Positions 58,331 to 64,000 of a DNA stretch of 64,000 bases are shown here, in pieces; within the stretch, counting starts at the first letter, position 1, and the number at the start of each line of letters is the position of its first letter. The translations under genes were made by a program, and so were the position numbers. The notes below the pieces were generated by a model. That model saw only the letters and a program-made list of their open reading frames with translations. It was not told the DNA's origin and did not search any database. This DNA comes from a virus (Duplodnaviria; Heunggongvirae; Uroviricota; Caudoviricetes), in IMG/VR virus record IMGVR_UViG_3300045591_000029, positions 1-64,000 of that record; one strand, 5' to 3'.

Positions 58331-58576
58331 TTAACTTCTATATATATTATAGAATATTTTTGAGATTTTTTCAAGTTTTATCTTGCGGCTAGCATCTACT
58401 TTACATAGTGGTGATGCCGATAATGGCGATGCTAGCAAAGAAGATACAAAAGCCAGCTTCGATAATCGCAGAAGCTCGATAACGCCGATCGACAGAAATG
58501 CCGCAGTTAAAGCCCCATAGAATAGCGGCAATAAGATTGAGAATGATAGTATGCTTAGGCATTGATATTGATCCAC
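58331..58576 (-). CDS. small membrane protein
   Basis: 81 aa hydrophobic. Confidence 0.3.
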   Translation of the reverse strand: MDQYQCLSILSFSILLPLFYGALTAAFLSIGVIELLRLSKLAFVSSLLASPLSASPLCKVDASRKIKLEKISKIFYNIYRS

Positions 58577-59037
58577 TCCTTATTCTTTGCTTTCTTGTCG
58601 AGGATCGCAGCTAGTTCAGCGGGCTTCTTCATATGGCGATCGTCGCCATTTCTGAACTCATCCCATCCGAGAATGAGATACTTGAGATGCTTAGGAGCAT
58701 CTTCGGGGAAAGTATCCGTGCTCACGATGTGCCAACCAATGCCGACAGCATAACGAGCGCAGGAATGCTTCAGCCACTCTTCATCGGTGGAACGAGCACC
58801 ACGAATAACGAGAATAGGGCCATTATCGAAACCACGAGCGTGCTTCAAACCATCCCAACCTCTGTCCTCGCCCTCTTCAAATTTCTTACCGTAGTTCTTG
58901 GCAAACTCTGCATCAGTATACCAACGCACGGAGCGAACAGTACCAGTCTTGGGGTTTTTCACATCGACATAATACTTGCCGCCCTTAACATACTGCTCTT
59001 TCACGATGGGAAAATCTTTGAAGCTAGGTGCTACCAT
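58555..59037 (-). CDS. hypothetical protein
   Basis: 160 aa. Confidence 0.45.
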   Translation of the reverse strand: MVAPSFKDFPIVKEQYVKGGKYYVDVKNPKTGTVRSVRWYTDAEFAKNYGKKFEEGEDRGWDGLKHARGFDNGPILVIRGARSTDEEWLKHSCARYAVGIGWHIVSTDTFPEDAPKHLKYLILGWDEFRNGDDRHMKKPAELAAILDKKAKNKEWININA

Positions 59038-59056
59038 ATCTCTTATCTCCTTTCAG

Positions 59057-59308
59057 TTACCAAGAAATCTTAACGAGAATGCTCTCATACTGCGGGAACA
59101 CGTCGCGCAGGTACTGCCGCACACACAGTTCCTCGCTCTCGCAGAATTCATCTTCACGAGTATTCTTGTAGGCGTACTCCTTGAAGCAATCATTCATGAA
59201 ATCTTCGGGGAACAGCAGAGTGGGAATCTCTACATCCAAGTCATACTGCTGCTTAATTGCTTCTTCAAGGTCATAAGAGCTAACCGTAGGCATCATTTTT
59301 ATTTCCAT
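59057..59308 (-). CDS. hypothetical protein
   Basis: 83 aa with promoter motif upstream. Confidence 0.4.
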   Translation of the reverse strand: MEIKMMPTVSSYDLEEAIKQQYDLDVEIPTLLFPEDFMNDCFKEYAYKNTREDEFCESEELCVRQYLRDVFPQYESILVKISW

Positions 59309-59404
59309 TTACTATCTCCCTCACTTTCTATATATATTATAATATATTTTTTATAAAAATACAAAGAGATTGATAGACGTGGTCTATCAATCTCTTACGG
59401 GTAT

Positions 59405-59779
59405 TTATTCTTCTTTTATTAGACATTTCAATTTCTCTTCCAGATAGGCTTTAGACTCATCATAGACATACTTATAGCAAGCTAAAGCGGTTACATCGCC
59501 AACTGCGAAGCCTGCATAGGGCCGTCCCGCATACATCAGGTCATAACTTAGAAAGTAACTGCCATTTTCATACTCAGGCGGATCACATTGAGGATTATAG
59601 GGGCGCTCATATTCCTCTTTAATTTCGCCATGCTGAAGCAACCAAGCTTTGTAGTCCTCAAGTTTCATTATCCTTAACCTCCTCAATCTTATAATCGTAC
59701 TCAGTCTCTTCGAGTAGTTTACCGAACTCGTAGCCCGAAGGTTTGCGACCACGCTCAGCGATTGCTCTTGTTTGGACAA
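59405..59779 (-). CDS. hypothetical protein
   Basis: 124 aa. Confidence 0.4.
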   Translation of the reverse strand: MSKQEQSLSVVANLRATSSVNYSKRLSTIIRLRRLRIMKLEDYKAWLLQHGEIKEEYERPYNPQCDPPEYENGSYFLSYDLMYAGRPYAGFAVGDVTALACYKYVYDESKAYLEEKLKCLIKEE

Positions 59780-59920
59780 ACATCAGAGCCAGTTGGAATG
59801 CCCGGTCCGCAATCTCATATTCTTTTGTTTCAGAGTCAATAGGAAAGCGATCCTCGAAGGTTTTGGAATGGAGAGACACGGAAATGACGGCAGTTCTCAT
59901 ATAACAGCACCAATCCTTTC

Positions 59921-60247
59921 TTACCAGTTGTCGTTAGCCTTACTTGCATCCTGATTCATAGTCGTTAATTCTTGACCTTCGCTATTACAAGGGATTTCAG
60001 TGGCAAATTTTCCTCCATCAATATAGTTACGAATGATATCGCGAGGAAGTGTGATAACATTTTGATCATCATGGATAAATTCAAGATTCTTGATACTCTT
60101 GAGCATTTCTCCATAAGTGGATTCTAAGATCGCGGCAGCTTCTCCAAAGTTATCAGCAAAACTCAGACCAGAGGTAATGAAGAAGTGACCGCGATTATCT
60201 TGGTCAGTATCATATAGAACAACTTCATAAGCGAATACTGTCTTCAT
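59921..60247 (-). CDS. hypothetical protein
   Basis: 108 aa. Confidence 0.4.
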   Translation of the reverse strand: MKTVFAYEVVLYDTDQDNRGHFFITSGLSFADNFGEAAAILESTYGEMLKSIKNLEFIHDDQNVITLPRDIIRNYIDGGKFATEIPCNSEGQELTTMNQDASKANDNW

Positions 60248-60558
60248 AGTTCTATCTCCTTAATATTGGTTTTAGTTTCAACCATCTCGGTGGTAGAAAC
60301 ATAATTATCGTAAAAGAACTGACCGAAGCCATTATCTTTATACGAGGTATGGAAAAGAGTTGTAGAATCATTTTTTACGAGGACATCGCCGCTATCAAAT
60401 GAGATAAAAATGAGTTGACAGCCATTTTTAATTTTTCGATAGATGTCATAAGGGATTCGGTTTTTGTATTGTTTGTTACTAATGGCATCTCCAAATTGTT
60501 CTAAGATGTGATTGATTCCATTTTGATTATAACAAAAATTTTCAGCCAAGTGTATCAC
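60244..60558 (-). CDS. hypothetical protein
   Basis: 104 aa. Confidence 0.4.
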   Translation of the reverse strand: MIHLAENFCYNQNGINHILEQFGDAISNKQYKNRIPYDIYRKIKNGCQLIFISFDSGDVLVKNDSTTLFHTSYKDNGFGQFFYDNYVSTTEMVETKTNIKEIEL

Positions 60559-60568
60559 TTCCTTTTGT

Positions 60569-61354
60569 TTAGTCGCTCATCCAGTCAAGGATGATAGGGA
60601 GTTCGACCTCGGGCGTCCGCAAGAACCCAATGTTATCTTCATGCAGATCCCAAATATGCCAATCGTCACAGAAGATAGCGAACTTTTCGAAGAACTCCTT
60701 GCCATAATTCTCGACGATAGACTTTAACCAAGTGAGATTACGCGTAGGAATACGCCGCACGACAGTCATGGAGATACCCGGAATGACCTCGCCTTGTTCG
60801 TCCCAGCCAATATTCTCATAAGCAACATGAGAAGCAGGGACAACAATAGGTTGAATCTCCAGATAATTTAACTCGAAGGCTTCAATATCGGGGTTCTGGC
60901 GCCATGTATGATAGTGGGAGTCATAGGTATATCGAGAAGAATTTGTATCATCGAGTTGAGTGACAGGCAGATTGACAGGGAGCTGATGAAAAAAGGTAGG
61001 CACGAACAGCTCCAGAATATTAGCTTCCTTCGCTGCGGCGAGAAGAGCCTGCTCCCTCTTGGTTTCGTTGTCAGTTGAGCAGAACTTTACCACGATAGAG
61101 TCAGAAGCATGATAAGCCTCCTTAAAAGCTCCACAAGAGAAACATTCAAACACTTCACCGGGAGCGCAATGCATTTCGAGACAGTTGCCGATACCCTCTA
61201 CCGTATCTCGCAACTGGACAGCTTCTTTCTCTTGCTGATCTGCGGGAACGCAGTTATTGAGCACCTGCAGGAAAGACTTCTCGATCTCTCGTAAGAAGGT
61301 TTGAATCTCTGGCGAGTAAGTCTCAATGCCGCGAAGTTCAAGCATATTTACCAT
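60569..61354 (-). CDS. hypothetical protein (likely true start MVNMLELRG with RBS aaggagagg; track ORF extends further upstream)
   Basis: about 261 aa from internal Met. Confidence 0.45.
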   Translation of the reverse strand: MVNMLELRGIETYSPEIQTFLREIEKSFLQVLNNCVPADQQEKEAVQLRDTVEGIGNCLEMHCAPGEVFECFSCGAFKEAYHASDSIVVKFCSTDNETKREQALLAAAKEANILELFVPTFFHQLPVNLPVTQLDDTNSSRYTYDSHYHTWRQNPDIEAFELNYLEIQPIVVPASHVAYENIGWDEQGEVIPGISMTVVRRIPTRNLTWLKSIVENYGKEFFEKFAIFCDDWHIWDLHEDNIGFLRTPEVELPIILDWMSD

Positions 61355-61467
61355 TTCTTTTCTCCTCTCCTTTCTTATATAAATATAATAACATATAATT
61401 ATAATAATTTCTAATAGAGCGGTAAGGTTGAGTAATAGTACGGAAAACACGAAGATAAGACGGTAAT

Positions 61468-61492
61468 TGAGAACTTCGAAGAAGTTCTCATG
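61468..61492. promoter_or_regulatory. operator-like inverted repeat tgagaacttc-gaa-gaagttctca in divergent intergenic region
   Basis: 10-bp perfect IR between minus-strand and plus-strand gene blocks. Confidence 0.4.
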
Positions 61493-61800
61493 CGGGTTGG
61501 CAAAAAATTTGGTGATAAAATTGCCAGGCCGCAGGCAAAGAAAAGATTCGGATGGACAGCCAAAAATTTAACAGAATTTTTTAACATTTTTCTTAGTGCG
61601 ATAGAAGAGAAATAACGAGGTTAGAAGAGATAGAAAGAGGTAAAAATTTTAGGTAATTTTTCATACTATGATGGCGACTATGTTGCATTTATTCTTAATA
61701 TATGTTATTATTATTTCATAAAAAAGAATAAAATTTAGGACAAACGCAGTTAATCTCCCTATATTGCTTTTCAAGTATTAGTGGAAGGAGGGTTTTAATA

Positions 61801-61956
61801 GTGGATAATAAGAAAGAGTATTACACTATTTCTACTCGATTAAAGAGAGAACAAAAAGAGTAGTTAGAGCAATTTGCAAAAGAGCAAGACTTAACTATGT
61901 CCCAAGTCGTGCGCAAAGCGATTGAGATGTATATAAATTCTACTACTGAAGAATAA
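61801..61956 (+). CDS. ribbon-helix-helix (CopG-like) small DNA-binding protein, GTG start, 1 in-frame TAG
   Basis: VDNKKEYYTISTRLKREQKE*LEQFAKEQDLTMSQVVRKAIEMYINSTTEE; RBS ggaaggaggg. Confidence 0.45.
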
Positions 61957-62148
61957 TTTGGGGGCATAAAAACAAAATGAAAACAAAGATAATCTATTCG
62001 TTGAAAATTTATACTTAGCTGATAGTCTTAGGATTCTAGCCCATTGCTACAATGCCAAACCCTAAAGATTCAAAATATACTTGTTGGGTTTTTGAAGATA
62101 CCGAAGAGTTTGAAGAGGCTCTTGGCCCTATTCTTGGAGGACTAAGCC

Positions 62149-62760
62149 ATGGCAGTAAGTAATCAGAATATTGTAAGGGTTGGAACCAGAGACGCCTTTG
62201 ATAAGTCTCATACATATTGCTTAATGCATATAGATAGCTTGCAAGCCGCAATGTGTAATCTAAAAGGTGAAACTTTAAAACTCTGGTTATATTGCAACAA
62301 GAATCAAGATGGATATCAGTTTGAGTTAAGCCAGAAGGCATTACAAGAATGGGGTTTGAAAAAAGATGCGTATTAGACAGCTAAAAAGAAGCTAATGGAG
62401 CTTGGCTATCTAGTCCCCGCAAGTGAGGATAGTAATGTCTTAATTTTTTATGAAACTTTGTCTGAAAAACCGACTAATCCGACCGAATCTGTTTTTCAGA
62501 TTCAATCTGAAAAACCGACAAAGTAGTCTGAAAAACAGACAATAACTGGTGAAGAGATCGGGTCTGAAAAACCGACTTCATCTGAAATTCAGACAAAAAT
62601 AGAGACTAGTGAATCTGAAAAACCGACAAAATGCTTAGGCAAAATGTCTGAAAAACCGACAATGTTGTCTGGATTTCCGACAAGTTAGTCTGAAAAAGCA
62701 TAGAGAAATAATACAATAGTACATGATAGTACATTAAAGGATAGTACAAATATGATTTTT
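62149..62760 (+). CDS. putative replication initiator/organizer with iteron array inside its coding sequence (several in-frame TAG; 3' end uncertain)
   Basis: track ORF 62149..62376 continues after TAG as ...TAKKKLMELGYLVPASEDSNVLIFYETLSEKPTNPTES...SEKPT... repeats. Confidence 0.35.
62455..62700. repeat. iteron-like direct repeats: at least seven copies of TCTGAAAAACCGAC(A/T) spaced about 30-45 bp
   Basis: seen directly: gtctgaaaaaccgactaatc, caatctgaaaaaccgacaaag, tctgaaaaacagacaat, gggtctgaaaaaccgacttc, gaatctgaaaaaccgacaaaatg, atgtctgaaaaaccgacaatg, tctgaaaaagcatag. Confidence 0.6.
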
Positions 62761-63232
62761 GGCGAGAGAGAAGAGGAACGGAACGATTCTTATCCCACTA
62801 TTTCACGTGATGTAGTGGAGTAGATATTTGTGAATCCGGAGTATTTAGAGGGAGGTCTTATTAAGAATGGAGACAAGATTTTTAGATTAGAAAATTGAGA
62901 TGGAAAAGTGCGAGGAAGGTTACAGAAATTTCGATCTAAAACCTCTTACAGAAGAGGAAGAGCATTTTATAAAGAATATGATAGACGTGTTATTAGTGGA
63001 GATTGGTCCTAAGCCTGTAGTAGAGGGAGGAGAGCTTCTAGATTTTAGAAGCAAGATTCCGAGAGGATAGAGAAGAAGGCTTTAGCTCTATGGAGATAAA
63101 GGGGAAAGAGAGTCATAAGAATAGCGGAGTGTGTGCTAAAATAGGAAGGTGGCGTGCCGATCGGGTCTAGCTAGACCTCTCTCAATTCCCTGTCACCGAG
63201 ATCGCTACCCTGGCTCCCGCAATTTATATATA

Positions 63233-63263
63233 AAAAAAGAGAGGGTATTAACCCTCTCTTATT
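63233..63263. terminator. bidirectional hairpin aaaaaagagagggt-atta-accctctctt-att between converging plus and minus blocks
   Basis: 10-bp stem flanked by A-run and T-rich tail. Confidence 0.55.
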
Positions 63264-63264
63264 C

Positions 63265-63720
63265 TTATAGACCGATCTCCCGCAGGAAATCAGCGATCTT
63301 CTCATTGTCACTCTTATCCTTGCTCTTAGGAACGGCATCAAAGAGATTATCAACCTTGTCCAGGAGAGCCTGGAGGAGCTCATCTGGTTCCTTACCGACC
63401 ATAGTCGCGGTAGTCTCCGCGTTCAGCTTAATGATCTGGAAATAATCCTTGATATTTTCAGCAGTCCAATCGGGATACTTTTCTGCCATAGTAAGAGTAT
63501 ACAGGGCAGCCGCGTCAGTGCAATCAAGATGTCCCTTAGAAACAGCGGTCTCAAACTGATCCTTCATGTGCTCAATCAGTTCAGTGCGGGCATCCACGAT
63601 TGCCTTCTTCTTTTGATCCTCCTGCTGGACCGCGTTAAGAGTCTTAGAGAACATCTTTGCGATGTCATCAATAGACAGTCCATTCTTCTGGGCATCTCGA
63701 ATCATAGCTTCAAAATCCAT
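63265..63720 (-). CDS. hypothetical protein
   Basis: 151 aa with promoter motif upstream. Confidence 0.45.
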   Translation of the reverse strand: MDFEAMIRDAQKNGLSIDDIAKMFSKTLNAVQQEDQKKKAIVDARTELIEHMKDQFETAVSKGHLDCTDAAALYTLTMAEKYPDWTAENIKDYFQIIKLNAETTATMVGKEPDELLQALLDKVDNLFDAVPKSKDKSDNEKIADFLREIGL

Positions 63721-64000
63721 GCTTTATCACCATAGTTCTTCTACTGGGAAGAACCAATTCCTTTCTTAATTTCTATATATATTATATAATATTTTTTAAT
63801 ATATGCCAACCCGATCGGAAATTAGTCCAAAAATTTTCTCTCCGGTATGGATTTTTGCTAGGTAATAGCATTTATGTAGTTGGCTACAGAGAATTTGAAG
63901 TAGGAAATATGAATACTTGATGGATTTAAAGTGCGTTTTCTTAATTTTTAAGTCAAAAAGCTTAGATTTTTGCGTTATTTTACCTCGTTTTTAGCAATTT

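Noticed and set aside
59658-59900. ORF 59658..59900 (-) overlapping 59405..59779
   Set aside because: Overlaps the upstream gene by more than 100 nt in another frame. Could be real, but no RBS evidence, so not listed.
62455-62700. Direct repeats considered as a CRISPR array
   Set aside because: Repeats are only about 14 nt, spacing is irregular (30-45 bp), they lie inside a coding frame, and no cas genes or leader are present. They are better explained as iterons.
63149-63445. Plus ORF 63149..63445 and minus ORF 63171..63383 around the bidirectional terminator
   Set aside because: They span the terminator hairpin and overlap the 5' end of 63265..63720. Likely non-coding.

Overview
This 64 kb window reads as part of a large lytic bacteriophage genome. 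Almost everything is on the minus strand, with a short plus-strand block at 28.4-29.0 kb and a divergent plus-strand replication-origin-like region at 61.8-63.2 kb. Main parts: (i) a nucleotide and DNA metabolism block at 0-11 kb (DHFR, thymidylate-synthase family, ligase, type IIA topoisomerase A and B, RNase H); (ii) a lysis cassette whose endolysin carries a C-terminal SLH domain, which points to a Firmicutes-type host; (iii) PhoH and an SPFH/flotillin; (iv) an RNA-repair set (Pnk-like kinase, four calcineurin-like phosphoesterases, an Rnl2-family RNA ligase, a Thg1-like protein, a Ro60/Rsr TROVE+vWA protein); (v) DenV, UNG, fibre-like structural genes; (vi) a roughly 18 kb tRNA island at 35.4-53.8 kb with about 27 tRNAs or tRNA-like genes, all on the minus strand. 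The dominant signal is recoding of TAG. At least 18 genes have 1-13 in-frame TAG codons and are otherwise intact, so the standard-code ORF track shows them as fragments or misses them. Three independent alignments place TAG opposite Gln. A class II tRNA with anticodon loop CUCUAAA (anticodon CUA, amber suppressor) sits in the tRNA island. Two tRNA genes (Met-CAU and Asn-GUU) are split in the anticodon loop by insertions of about 455-465 bp, each filled by a paralogous PD-(D/E)xK nuclease ORF. Other points: twelve homing-endonuclease-like genes, tRNA-like elements next to the Ro60 gene (candidate Y RNA), two tRNAs that appear to have 8-nt anticodon loops, an iteron array inside a putative initiator gene, and a conserved promoter-like motif CTTAACTTTCTATAAATATTATAA upstream of many genes. 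All coordinates and anticodon calls were derived by hand and may be off by a few nucleotides.
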